64,000 nt of DNA. Origin: Phaeosaccion multiseriatum (taxonomy: Eukaryota > Protista > Ochrophyta, other classes). The DNA lies in NCBI GenBank assembly GCA_965112735.1, contig OZ218961.1:1550001-1614000 (forward strand). Direction: 5' to 3'. Below are positions 1 through 14,501 of the stretch, in pieces; the stretch's first letter is position 1, and every line of letters starts with the position of its first letter. Under the pieces are notes generated by a model, which did not search any database, was not told where the DNA came from, and saw only the letters and a list, made by a program, of their open reading frames with translations. Made by a program: the position numbers and the translations under genes.

Positions 1-418
1 TGGGCTCAGCACCACGGAGATGCTGAAGGAGGCGGGGGACGACAAGTACAAGAGCGCAGACTTCGAGGGGGCCGTCGCCAAATACTCCGAGTGCCTCGAC
101 AGCATGACGGACAAGCAGAGCCCGCTGGCCCTCAAGTGCTATAGCAACCGCAGCGCGTGTCACAAGCAGCTCAGCCACTTCGACGGGGTGATCGAGGACA
201 CCACAATGGTGTTGGAGGTGGAGCCCAACAACGTCAAGGCCTTGATGAGGAGAGGGCAGGCCTTCGAGGCCATCGAGCGTTACAAGAGTGCCCTCCAGGA
301 CGTGCGCTCTGTGCTGGCCATGCCGCAGGCAGAGGTGGGCGGGGCCAACTACTCCCTGGCCAACGGTATGCAGCACAGGCTCAACCGGGTCGTTCAGCAG
401 ATGAAGAACGCGGCGTAG
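1..418 (+). CDS. TPR-repeat protein (STI1/Hsp90 co-chaperone-like TPR triplet), 3' part; begins upstream of the window
   Basis: ORF 20-418: LKEAGDDKYKSADFEGAVAKYSECL...CYSNRSACHKQLSHFDGVIEDTTMVLEVEPNNVKALMRRGQAFEAIERYKSALQD is a classic three-TPR carboxylate-clamp pattern. Confidence 0.85.
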   Translation, partial: GLSTTEMLKEAGDDKYKSADFEGAVAKYSECLDSMTDKQSPLALKCYSNRSACHKQLSHFDGVIEDTTMVLEVEPNNVKALMRRGQAFEAIERYKSALQDVRSVLAMPQAEVGGANYSLANGMQHRLNRVVQQMKNAA

Positions 419-661
419 CTGGCTGCCTGCCATTCGCCCTCTTACCTATCTAAGCAGGGGAGCGATATAAGACGAGAAGCTCCCCTTGAAACACGGGCGC
501 AACACAAGTGCTGACTGAATTAAAGTTTTGAACCGTTTTGACCACCTTTATTTTCGACCTGATACATACTAATTAAAAACATGCAATGTGTTGACGCTAA
601 ACTCTTCCCTTGCTATTCCTTCAGCCCTGCCAAAGGTGCCCTTGAAGTATCAGTCCCATGC

Positions 662-3206
<2,545 letters not shown>

Positions 3207-3692
3207 CTTGCCACGTATATAGCTTTTTTATAAGGAAGAAGGGGGAGAGGAAGTGGTGGGTGGCGCCAAGAGCAGAGAGGTCGATTTTTGGTCTCGACCT
3301 CCATAATTTCGAGCCAGTGCAGAGAGATCGGCCGGATCGGCCCCCTGCTGCTTCTTCTGGCTCCGGGCTTCTAGGCCATAGCCCCCTCCAGGCTTCGGGC
3401 CGCAGGCCAAAGGTCTGGGCTTCGGGCTTCTCAGGCTGGGAAAAAAAATGGGAGACTTGGGCTTTTGTAGGCTTCTGGCCGCAGGCCAGCCCCGGGCTTC
3501 ATGCTTTCGGCCGCAGGCCGCCGCAGGCTTCTGCTTATCGGGCCCGAGAGAGAGAGGGAAGAGAGAAAAAGGAAATATTTTTATTTTTTACCAGAGTCCT
3601 ACTGTACTGTACTGTATGTGAAATAGCCTCCTCTCGGAGAGCCTTGCTGTGATCTCCTATCACAAATCAATCTATTGTTACGGCTGCTACTT

Positions 3693-4837
3693 CTATTGTT
3701 TCGGACACACGCGAGCAATCTCGGCGCCCTTTTGCCTGCTCGAGCAGTCGGCCAGACAGCCCACGGGGACCTTCTCGTCCTCTGCGAAAGGCAGCGGCTT
3801 CTCCCCGAAGCTGAGGCGGCACTCGTACGTGTCAAAGTCTGGGGTCATGGACATGTCCAGGCCCATGGTGTCTCTGAAAAACGCCTCCGTCGGCAGCTTG
3901 CACATGCTCGTGCACATACCCTGCCGAGGACGAGGAGGGAGGAGGGACAACGGAGGCGTGAGGTAAGGCAAGCCAGGAGGGCGGCTGGCGAGGGGCGCGG
4001 CGGACAGAGGGAGAGAGAGAGACAGACAGAGTGAGACGTGTCGGCAGGAGGGGCAGGCGCCAGGAGAACCTGGCCCGTATCAAAGACCCACCTTGCAATT
4101 GGTTTCTTCCAAAAAGCGGCACCTCTCCACATACACGCCCCCGGGCAGGCCATCCGAGGCTCGATTTTCTGCCCGGTTGGGCCCGACCAAGAATTTGAAG
4201 AAAGGAGGCGTGAACAGCGCCGTCAAGTATGGAGCCCACGGCCAAGGAGACATGAAGAGACGATACACCGGGGGCGCCAGCGGCCCCGCTATGGTGGACA
4301 GCACCCTGGTCACCATCTGCTCCTGGTCCTCCGGCGATGCCTTCTGCACCACCATGTACTCCTGCGCCTCCTCTATCAGACCAGCATAGCCCTCCTTGTC
4401 GCTGGAGAAGCCAATCTCATTGGCCACTAGCCGCCGGAAGAGTGCCAGGGAAATCTTATCCAATAAGTTCTCGCTATAGAAGTCCGGCCCGAGGGGAGGG
4501 CGAGGGCGACTCTGAAAGGTGCATACATTTATAAAGTGTGAGCGAGATGCATGAGATGCATGCGTGCCATGGTTCTCGACCCCAACCCTCTCCCTCTCTC
4601 TCCCAGCTGCATACTTACCTGGGGCGTAGACCGTGATGTTCCTACTTGCCCTGACATCCCCTGGCGCCCAGCAATGCCAGTCGGAGGAGGAGGAGCACTG
4701 GCGGCAAAGGCGGCAGAACCTGCGCGAGAGCCACAGCCGCGGCAGTGGGCCGCCTGCTGCCCTGGAAAAGAAACAGGCACAACAAAAGCCTGCCCGTAGG
4801 CCAGCCACGCCAAAAGGGGGAGAAGCCCTCCCTTCAT
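3693..4837 (-). CDS. Beta-carotene isomerase D27-like protein (DUF4033), predicted plastid-targeted, multi-exon
   Basis: FFKFLVGP...VYVERCRFLEETNCK|GMCTSMCKLPTEAFFRDTMGLDMSMTPDFDTYECRLSFG matches the D27 C-terminal Cys motif; N-terminus MKGGLLPLLAWLAYGQA-FVVP resembles a bipartite ASAFAP-type signal. Confidence 0.85.
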
Positions 4838-5079
4838 CCTGTAGAAACGCTTATGTAGAGAAGGGGGGAGGAGAGCCACAGTAAGTTAATGAAATATCGA
4901 TTTTCCCGAGGGGGGGGCGAAAGTCAGCAAAGAAAAAAGTCTCGAGTCGGACCAGTTGTTGTCGTACGTTTGTTCAGATAAGCAGGGCTAAGCTATATAA
5001 GGACGAACAGCTGCCACCTCGACTGCTACTCCCCCTTGTTGCGTGTAGCGCTTTCAGGAATCTACTAGCGCAAACAGCT

Positions 5080-5891
5080 ATGGCTAATGATGAAGAAAAG
5101 GTGAGTCGTTGCGAAGGAGAGAAAACGGAAAATTAGGCCGCTTTGGATCGTGCATGTGTATCAAACACCGCCGAGCAGCAGCTACAGCAGCAGCAGGAGA
5201 GGAGGGGGGGTGTCATGAGCTGTGCAGCTTCATGTTATACCTTGAACCGTCCTCTTTCCTAGACCACATGGCGTTGTGGGTGCTGGAACGGCATGAATAG
5301 CGAGGCGAATAAGTGCCCGTCGTAGGAGTGGCGCTTATAAGCATATACCCCGCAGGCTATGGCCTCTGCGAAGTAGGGGAGAGGGGAATTATCTGTCCCT
5401 GAAGAGGGCTCTGGCGGTGAGAGGCATACGTCCTACTCAACCTTCCCACCTACACACGCCTCCTCGCTCGTCTTCACCCGCTCTCTGCCCGCAGACCTGC
5501 TGGGATGCCCTGCCTGTTAAATTCCTCGTGAACAACATTGGATGGTAAGTCGCCGTGTCCTTCTGCGTGCTGAAAGTACCTGTGGACCCCTCGCTCACTC
5601 GCTGCCCCCTCTTTCGGTGGATATTCCCTTGTGATTCGTGTCCTCCCTGTCCCATGCAGGACGTTCAATTTCGTCTTCGCGCACATCTTATTTTGGGTGT
5701 ACGCCTTCCCCGCCGTCCTCAACTACGGGTACGGAGACCACGCCTTCAACAACGTGGGCGCCCTCGAGTCGGGGCCCAGTGGAAGCGGCGTGTTCCCAAT
5801 CTCTCTCATCCTGTTGTTTGTGGCGACACTGACGTGGATCGGTAAAGTGGTGAAGTTTGCAAAGGACCCCTACGCCGCAGATGACGAGTAA
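5080..5891 (+). CDS. Small hypothetical membrane protein (about two TM helices), probably 4 exons
   Basis: ATG 5080 exon MANDEEK|gtgagt; exon from 5495 TCWDALPVKFLVNNIG splices in frame to WTFNFVFAHILFWVYAFPAVL...FPISLILLFVATLTWIGKVVKF; the putative exon 5263-5304 would need a GC donor. Confidence 0.5.
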
Positions 5892-6040
5892 GTAGAGAAC
5901 GGACCACAGAGGACCGGGTAGAAAGCGACGAAGAGGAGGAGGACTGAGTAGAAAGCGTCAGATTTTGTTTTGCGTGAAGTAAAAAAAAGTGATTAAAATA
6001 GACAATACAAGTACACAAATTAAACAGAGAGACATTGTAT

Positions 6041-7734
6041 TCAGAGGACGCTGCTCGAGGACGCCTCCACAACCTTGTCTGTGCTCGGATTGAAAACGAA
6101 GACGGAATTGGGGGCCTGTCCCCCTCCTCCCCCACTTGAGGCGGGATCCTGTTGAGGTGGCCCGCCATAGCTCTGCTGGTCTGTGCCCAAAGCGGGCATG
6201 GCCGGCCCGGGCGAAGGCGAAGGCGACGCGCGAGCCACGGGAATGGTAGCCGTGTTAGTGACGGCATTGTAGCTCACGTAGCGCGGTGGCGGCGCTCCTT
6301 GAAAAGAATACCCCGCAGCAGCACCGCCAGCACCAGCAGGGGCACCGGAAGGACCCGGCGGTGCACCCCCGCCTCCTCCTCCAGCCCCCATGCCCACGCC
6401 CATCGTCGGGGGGGGGGCTAAGTCGCTCCTAATCTTGGTGTTCGCTCCGTGGCCGTACAGCTTCTGCAGGGACTTGTCGCTTGCAGAGGTGTGGAAGCCG
6501 TCGGCCTTGATGGGGCGGAAGTCCTTCTTCCCCCCGCCTGTTGCGCCGCCACTCAGTTGCTTTCGAGCCCCGACCGGAGCGGAGCTGGGAGGTGTGACAT
6601 CTAAGCTTTCGCCATGGCTGCTGGAGGGCGCCGACTGAGCCACAGTGGGCGAGGCTCCCGCCACTGCCACCCCTGCAGGCGGCGGTGGCCCAGCAGCCCC
6701 TGTGCCAAAGGAGGGAGGTGGGCCGACCAGCTGTCCCCCAGGCGGGGCAGCAGGCAGCATTCCGCCCCTCTGAGCCGCAGAAGGGGGAGGCGGCCCCACG
6801 CCGGGTGGAGGGCCCACGTTGACGGACGGCGCCGCTGGCACTCTATTCGCTACTGCCGCTGATGCGGCTCCACCTCCGATCGATGGGTCTGCTGGCACTG
6901 TGGTATCCGCCACTAGGCCAGCCCCACCCCCAAACCCGCCCCCCACCCCCATTGGCATCGGCGGGTGGTGCTGGGGCTGCTGAGGCTGCTGAGGCTGCTG
7001 CTGCTGCTGCTGGTGGGGATGTGGCTGAGGTGGCTGAGCAGGAAACGCGCCCCCTCCATGGCCGTGGCTAAACCCCGCAGGTGGCGCCGGACCACCTGGT
7101 CCTGCTGCTCCCCCTCCTCCCTCGTAGTTATACGTCATAGAGCTGGCAAAGGTCTCCACAGGCATTCCCGGTATTGATGAATGCTGAGCGCCGTCCCCGC
7201 TCTCTGCTTGCAGCTGTAGGGGAAGGAGGTACTGGCGAACCGCGTGCGTACTCCCCACATCGTAAGCAGACTGCCGAACAGCATTCCGTGTGCCCACGAC
7301 CGAGCCCTGCTGCACCAACCACTTGACAATCTCCATCTGGCCATACTTCGCTGCGTAGTGCAGAGGGGCGTTGCCTGCATCATCCGCAGCATTCGCATCA
7401 GCACCCATGTCCAGAAGTTGCATCAGTAGCTCCTGGTTTCCCGCCTGGGACGCAGCGTGAATAGGCTGCACCCCCTTTTCGTTCCTGCACGTCGCGCCGA
7501 GTGCAGGGGTGCTGCCGAGAAGCTCGCTCACCTGTTGAGAGTAGGTGGCAAAACGTGAGTGACACCACAACCGAAAGCACTTAGCATAACTACCGACAAA
7601 GCCCAAACTCCGGCCGAAGAGCTACTTACCCGGGCTCCATTGTTGCTCTGAATGGCTAGAATCAACTGCTGCTCGGGAGACCCCATGGGCGCCATGAGCT
7701 CCCCGAGAGGAGACTTGAGAATGAAATCAAACAT
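6041..7734 (-). CDS. Ankyrin-repeat protein with long Pro/Gly/Gln-rich disordered C-terminus (2 exons)
   Basis: GVQPIHAASQAGNQELLMQLLDMGADANAADDAGNAPLHYAAKYGQMEIVKWLVQQG ankyrin repeats; exon 1 MFDFILKSPLGE...NNGAR|gtaagt, acceptor near 7531. Confidence 0.85.
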
Positions 7735-8640
7735 GTTTCCGCCGACTCAAAGAGCTGCTGGAGCTTGTGTGTAGGCAGCTCTGCTGCGCCAAAGAAAAGC
7801 GGGGGTGGAAGCAAGCGAGCGGGTGCGTTGCTCATGGGTAAGAGACCAGGGAACAAGAGAAGACAGAATGAATGTCACAACTTCGGCCCTCCCTCACGGG
7901 TCGCAGCAACAGCACGGCTTCCGACTTAAAGAAGCAATTCCGCCCTATCGTGTCTTGATCAGTGCATCTCAACATGTTCCAAAACAACCGGGCGTATAGG
8001 TAGATGATGGTAAAAAGGGGAGAAACCTTCAATGCTACCCTTCTCCACGCCTTTCTCCACGACTGCTCCACGACTGCTCCTTCACGAGAGGGAGAAGAGC
8101 ATGTCCAACGCTAAGCAAAAGAGGGAAGGGATAATGGGAGGATACGCGAGCGACAAGCTACGAAGTGGGGGATGGGGTGGAGCGGGGCCGTAACTCGAGA
8201 GGCCTTTACCTAGTCACAAGCGCACCCGTTGACACAGCACACCCTACCTGGAGCCAGCTTGGCACGAAGCTTGATGGAGCAGGGAGCCGCTGCCGCGTGT
8301 GTCTGGCAGCTCCTCCTTTTATGTGAAACTCTATCTATGTCTCTCCTCGGGTGTTCCTTCTTCTGTTGCTGGCCAGACCCGCAGAAATTTAGCCAGCATA
8401 ACCAGCTGCTGCCACGGCAACCACTCGTCCTTCAGCTAGACCGCTTGACCTCCTCGTTCATGCTGCAAACCGTCCTCTGTTCCCTGTTTTGACTCCCCAC
8501 GGGCCTCCGTCAGTCCATCCTTCGTCGTCCGTTCGTATCACCAACACCGGTGCCTGGCCACACGGAAAGCGAGGGGGGGCGACACACGGAAAGCGAGGGC
8601 GGAAGTGTGATCTCCTCCCACTCTATGGCAAGGCGAAACA

Positions 8641-11600
8641 ATGTTTGGGTTGGGGACGATTGTCTCTGCGGCGGGGGACGCAGCGGGTTACATTAGCAAG
8701 ACCATTGCGCCCCTTCCCGGAGACGAGAACGGGTACAATAGCAGGAGCAGCAGCTTTGGGGAGGGAGAGGAGATTGCGGCCCTGAAGGACCACATCTCGC
8801 AGATCGAGAAGGAACGGCGGCAGACGCAGGAGGAGTTCAATGAGCTGGAGGCCGATTTCCAGCGGTGCAATAACGAGTTTCGGAGGGTGCTGCTGGACAA
8901 GGAGACGGAGATCAGGGCGTCTCTCTTGAAGGAGAAGGGCGATGGTGGTGGCTGCTGCGAGGTCACGGACGGAGTAGTCGAGGCGTGTGAGGGGTGTGCC
9001 CTTCTAAGGAGTCGATTAAAGGAGGCAGAAAAGGGGAGCGGGGATCATGCCTCAGGGGACTCTGAGTCTCGTCACGGGGATGTCTCGGATGAAGCACCAC
9101 GGCCCCGCGACGAAGAACTGGAGGTACTGCGGGAACAACTAGAAACCCAGAAAGAAATCAGGCGGCAGATGCAGGCGTCGCAGGAACAGGAGGTTCGCTC
9201 ATTGCAGGAGCGGAACCAGGCTCTTTCTGCGGAGCTGCGGGCAAAAGAGATATCCGCCGCTGTTGCGGTGGAGCGGCAACGTAATGGCTCGTCTGCCCAG
9301 GAGAACGGCGACCAAACGCATAACGGGGGGGACCTTCATCGGAAAGGAGAGGAGTCTGAGGACGGAACAAGTAGTGCCGATGTAAGGGCTGCAGAAGTGC
9401 GGAAGTTTCAGGCTTTGGAAAGGGAAAATGACGCTCTGAGGGGGGCGATTCGTGTTGCAAAGGCCGACCTTGCCAACGCAGAGCAGGAAAAGCTCGCGCA
9501 AGTTAAGCGCCTCACTGAGGACCGCGATGCTGTGATGGGCCCGGGGGGGGCTGGTGATGATGCGGAAGTTCGCAGCCTGAGGAGGCAACTCGCCAGCGCG
9601 GAGGACTCAAAACTATCCCTGCAAAACAAGTGCCGCATGGCGGAGATGGAGGTGCGGTCTGGCAGCGAGAGGGTTTCGGAGTTGGAGATGCAAGTGGAGG
9701 GCCTCAGGGAAGGCCTTGGTGGGGCAGAGGAGGAGGCGCGGGAGATGCGACGCATGAATAAGGTGCTCTCCCGTGAAGCAGAGGAGATGCAGAAGTCTGT
9801 GGCCGACGCCTTCTCAGAGCTCCCCGATGTGTATGAAATCATCGCGGGGACAGGGGCGATGCAGCGGGGCGGCGGGCTCGGGCTGGTCGAACTTGTGCAA
9901 GGCGCTGTGCTGGCTCTGAAGAAGCAAGTGGAGGAGCAGCAGCAGTGGGCCACTCAGCTCCGGCACTTCTTGGCTATCCACCTGGAAGAGTCAGCAGCGG
10001 ACACTGTTTTCACCGAGAACAGAGTTTCTGCACTACTCGAGCTCTTGGGGGCGTGCAAGATTTCGCACGGAGGCGATGGGACCACGACACAGGAGCTGCA
10101 GGAAGAGCGGGGCAAAGGGCTGGCGCTCAAGGCAGAAGTGACGCAGCTGCGGGGCAAAGTGCAAGAGTCAGTGAAGCGGGAGCAGGACATGAAGGTGGAG
10201 ATGATCAGTGCCCAGCGTACTGCAAGCCAGTACAAGCAGGTAAAGGGGGCGGAGGGGAGGGTCGCTTGTCCAGTTGCCGTACCTTCGACAGCGTTCCCCA
10301 TCGATACTCACCACTTCGCTTTTTGTCTCTATTTCTCGCTGACCTGGCCGACAGATTGTGAACCAGATGAGAGAGATGAACAAGAGCCAGGGGGGAGAGA
10401 CGGAGCAGTTCCGGGAGGAGAACGAGGGCCTGACGAAGCGCCTCCAAGCCTCAGAACAGGAGGTCCTCGATCTCCAGGGGCGCCTGAGAGAAGGTGAGCG
10501 AGCGACAGGCCCCCACCGGCAAATGGCGCTCCATGCTTGGTTTTTTAATCGCTGATGCATGCATGCATGTATCGCATTCCTCGCCTTTTCGGATCGGGCC
10601 AGCCCTTGTCTTTAGGATAGCAGCTGAGAGCGCGGACACGGAGAGGCGGAGCTTGGAAGACACCGTAAAGCAATTGCGAGAGCAACTGTCATTGGGTCAA
10701 ACCACTTCGCAGTCAAGAACCAGCAACCTCACGCAGGAGTTGCAGAGCGAGACCCAAGCCCGGTCCTTGCTCTCACAGGTCAGTGAGGAGAATGGAGGAA
10801 TTTTGATTACATTGGGGTCGCCTCTGTGGGTGCGCCATAAAAGCTGATTTGAGCGAGCATCCCACAGGAGGCCCACGAGCTGCGGACTCGAATATCAGTG
10901 GCTGAGGCGGATCTGGCGGTGGCCGAGCAAGATCGAGACAGAGCGGAGACGGCCCTGCACAATCTGCAGAGTGTGCTCGAGCAGCTTCAGGAGGAGAGAG
11001 CGACAGATGCCGTAAGTGCTGGTCAGGAGGGGGGTGTTGTTGTTGTTGTTTTTGTTGTTGTTGTTGGTGTTGTTGGTGTTGTTGTTGTTGTTGTTGTTGT
11101 TGATGGTGTTGTTGGTGTTGTTGTTGGTGGTGGGGGTGGTGCTCTCCTCTTCACACACACGTCCCTCATGTGAATGAAACCAATCACTGTGATTTTCCTT
11201 CCCTTGCTTGCCCCGACGCTTTTCATTGACTCAGAGGGTTTATGAGAAGCGCCACCGGCAAGAGCTGGAGGAGGCCCTGCGAGTGTCTGCGGCGAAAGAC
11301 ACGGCGGTGAGAGCTGTGCACGACAAGCAGATGCAGGAGCTGCGAAGGGAGAGGGAGGTAGAACTGGCCACGCACAAGCGGGCCAGGGCGGCCAAGGAAG
11401 GCGAGGTGGTGCGACTCCGGGAAGAGCTCGGGCGATTGAAGAGCACTCTGGAAGAGGCCGCGAAGCGTCCTGCTCCAGGGGACAACAGCGCGCAGCTGGA
11501 CAGGCAACTCGTGTCCAACCTCGTTGTGCGCTATGTGGTGGACAGGCACAGCAGAAGACAGGTGCTAGAGCTCATGGCCCGCATGTTCTCCTTCAGCGAC

Positions 11601-11759
11601 GAGCAAATGGTGCAAGTGGGACTCGTCAAGGGAGAGGGGGGCGATATCGTGGGAGCCGTCGTTGGAGCCCTCATTGGCGGAGAGGAAGAGGGACAGCAGG
11701 GGGAGATCCAAGGCGAAACCATTTCCGAGCAGTGGCTTCATTTTCTTGAAAACGGCTGA
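8641..11759 (+). CDS. Coiled-coil golgin with C-terminal GRAB domain (GMAP-210/TRIP11/GC3-GC4-like), about 5 exons
   Basis: Long coiled-coil exons (8641-10239, ~10356-10494, ~10617-10779, ~10868-11011, ~11235-11759); C-terminal LDRQLVSNLVVRYV...RRQVLELMARMFSFSDEQMVQVGL and ISEQWLHFL (GRAB + GA1-like). Confidence 0.8.
11036..11128. repeat. (GTT)n microsatellite in golgin intron
   Basis: imperfect gttgttgtt run of about 90 bp. Confidence 0.9.
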
Positions 11760-11833
11760 GAATCGTGTGTATCTCAAGATTTAAAAAAAAAATCACACGA
11801 CAGTATGTACAGACTATGTTGTGCCCCAGAGCG

Positions 11834-13162
11834 TCATTGTGGTACTTCCCCCCCTACCCTCGCCGCCTCCATGTACTCCGAGAGCACATCTTCATACAGG
11901 CACTGACTTATGACCTCGCACCCAATTTCCGAGAACGGACAAACGTGAGGGCGACACTCCTCCGCCGCGAAGAAGGTCTCCGCGCACGTGGGAAGAATCG
12001 AGCAATACGGCTCCTGCTCCCCCCCCGCCTCCTTCACAAGGTCGCAGTAGGCGGCGCCGAGGTCTGCTATGCAGTCCATCACGGCGGAGAACTCCGGGTC
12101 CCAGCCCACCTGGTCCAGCTCGAAAAAGGGGTCCACGAGGGAGTCAACCTCTTCAGCCGCAGCCTCGGCCACCACCCCCTGCGCCGCCGCTCCCGACGCG
12201 TACCCGGGTTGGAGCCGGCGATTCTCTTCCCTCAGCATCCTCACCTCCTCCCTGAGCTGCTTTACAGCAGGCCCCTGGTCCCTCGAGTCTTTCAAGCCAA
12301 ACCACCTCTTCAGCCGCGATTCAAAGCGGTAGGCGCCGCTGATGCCCAGCATCATCTTCACCCAGTCACGCAAAGCCTCGTAGTAGATGGACCCATTGAA
12401 CTTGACGCTCTGCGCCAAGTGGAGACGAAAGCATTAGCGTCAGAAGACGCGGAAGCCTGCCAATTTCATGTACCACTTCTTATGTGGTATCGAAACTCAA
12501 CTGGCGGATCGCCCCCTGTCCACAGTCCCCTACTTACTGAGCCTTACATTGGGTATCGGAGAGCTGCGCCTCGAGAACAAGTTCGTAAGGATGTTGTGAT
12601 CGTGGAAGTCTCCGTAGCCAAACACCATGAAGGTGGGGTAATGAGAAATGCCGACTTCTTGACAAAAGGTGCTGGCTTCGTCGCTCTGCAAGAGTGGGCG
12701 CGGAGGGCACAGTTAAGCGCTGCCTTTAGAGCGGCGGTGCAAGTCCAAGTCTGCACCACGTACTCGCACCTGTTCGCAGTTGAACTTGCCGACTACTGTG
12801 TCGCCTTGCCTCCCACGCGGAGCTGATACGTCCTCTCCGATTTGGTCCCACACCGGAGAGAAGCGCCTGGGGAGGAGCAGCAGCAGTGGTGTCATGCACT
12901 CTTCAACAACCCATGCCTCGGCGCAAGACCTTCACCATCTATCCATCCTCACGTACTTGCAATGCGGGCACCACGGCGCGTAAAACATGACAGCGTAGTC
13001 ATGCACCCACTCCTCCAGACTGTCCCTCAGCATCCCCTCGTTTAGAGGAATCACGTGCGACCGACGCTCCTCCTTGGACCCCCCGAAGAGCCCGGCGCAA
13101 GCGCCCCGGGAGAGCCCACCGAGCCCTGCCAAGAGCACGAGGAGCCAAGCTGAGGGCGCCAT
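11834..13162 (-). CDS. Secretory-pathway thioredoxin-domain (PDI-like) protein, multi-exon
   Basis: Signal peptide MAPSAWLLVLLAGLGGLSRG; YAVMFYAPWCPHCK active site; FSPVWDQIG...VVGKFNCE; VKFNGSIYYEALRDWV followed by a Cys-containing tail. Confidence 0.8.
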
Positions 13163-13274
13163 CTGGCGTCTGTAGGGCGCATGGGGCCTCGCCCGTATGC
13201 CTTTTTCGTTGGATTATGGGACATCTTCTTGTGATTTCCAACTCCCCTCGTGTGGGAGCGCCTGATTGCTCTCC

Positions 13275-14501
13275 ATGAACTGGATTCTTGTGTTCTTTCT
13301 GTTATTGAGCGGCGCCTCTTACGGTGCCCTCGCTCTGGTCGGTGGCGGCATGAGCAGCGGCGGCAGCAGCAGGAGAATCCGGGCAGGAGGGGGAGGAGGT
13401 GGTGAACAGCGGCAGCAGCAGTTGTTGTCAGCACAGAGTGGACACCTCGCTCGCATTCGACGTGTCGCTGCCCCAAACCTGGCTATAGCAGAGAGTGCCG
13501 CCGACGTGCCCTTACCTCTGCCTGAGCTGCGACACTCGGACCTTCCGGGCGAGACGCTGTACCTGCTAGATGGCACCTCCATGCTCTTCCGTGCCTACTT
13601 TGGGCCCGGCCAGGAGCCGTACTCGTCGGGCGACGGTACCACGGATGTGGGTGCCGTGAAAGCCATGGCATTTGAGCTGGCTCGCTTTCTTATCGAGGTG
13701 AACCCTCGCTACCTCGCAGTATCTTTTGACGTTAACCGCGACACCACCTGGCGCAGGGAGCTCTTTCCCGAGTACAAGGCGCAGCGCAAGCCCCACCCCT
13801 TGGGGTTGGACCTTCAGATTCCTCTGGCGAAGGCCATGGCCTCTGCGCTGGGCTGTCAGGTGTTCTTCAAAGAAGGCTACGAGGCGGACGATGTCATGGC
13901 CACGTTGTCGAAGTGGGGCAGGGGCATTGGCCTCAACGTCGTGGTGCTGAGTGAGGACAAGGACATGTGTCAGCTAGTGGCGGAGAGGGTCCATGTCATG
14001 CACCCGCGTCGGAAGAACTATGCCATTTTGGGAATGGAGGAAGTGGAGGCCAAGTTCGGACTGCCCAGCCATCGCGTGCCAGAGCTGCTCGGCTTGATTG
14101 GGGATAGCGCCGACAACATCCCGGGTGTTGCGGGCATCGGGCCGAAGAAGGGCCAGTACCTGCTGCAGCACTTCCCCAGTGTGGACACCATGTTTGACCG
14201 TGTGGACGAGGTGAAGGATCTTGTGTTCAGAGGCGCCAAGAGTGCCCATGCCAAGCTTTCAGAGCCCACAGCGAGAGAAGACGTGAAGCTCTACGTCCAC
14301 CTTGCCACCTTGGTCGACGACGTTCCAAGCATTCTAGAGGGGCCGAACGGAAAGCCCCTCAAGTCGGCGGACTGCCTCTACCGGGGGGTGGACAGGTACA
14401 CGGCCGACAAGGTGTTTCGCGTGTTGGGCTTCACTGGGCCCCTGCGGATGGTGCAGGAAGACCGGCAGAGGCGGAGAGAAGGTGTCAGTAGGAGTGAGTG
14501 A
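13275..14501 (+). CDS. Stand-alone DNA polymerase I-type 5'-3' exonuclease/flap endonuclease, intronless, with N-terminal targeting sequence
   Basis: LYLLDGTSMLFRAYF, FDVNRDTTWRRELFPEYKAQR, GYEADDVMATL, SEDKDMCQL, LIGDSADNIPGVAGIGPKKG (H3TH); no polymerase domain; hydrophobic signal MNWILVFFLLLSGA. Confidence 0.93.
   Translation: MNWILVFFLLLSGASYGALALVGGGMSSGGSSRRIRAGGGGGGEQRQQQLLSAQSGHLARIRRVAAPNLAIAESAADVPLPLPELRHSDLPGETLYLLDGTSMLFRAYFGPGQEPYSSGDGTTDVGAVKAMAFELARFLIEVNPRYLAVSFDVNRDTTWRRELFPEYKAQRKPHPLGLDLQIPLAKAMASALGCQVFFKEGYEADDVMATLSKWGRGIGLNVVVLSEDKDMCQLVAERVHVMHPRRKNYAILGMEEVEAKFGLPSHRVPELLGLIGDSADNIPGVAGIGPKKGQYLLQHFPSVDTMFDRVDEVKDLVFRGAKSAHAKLSEPTAREDVKLYVHLATLVDDVPSILEGPNGKPLKSADCLYRGVDRYTADKVFRVLGFTGPLRMVQEDRQRRREGVSRSE

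Noticed and set aside
11765-12826. 353-aa plus-strand ORF and other long antisense ORFs (e.g. 29466-30401, 55710-56789)
   Set aside because: Shadow ORFs opposite real GC-rich coding sequence; no motifs.
13275-14501. Bacterial contamination, or a functional link to the exonuclease in element A
   Set aside because: The gene has a eukaryotic targeting leader, sits among intron-containing genes and belongs to a different nuclease fold (FEN/PIN-like versus DnaQ).
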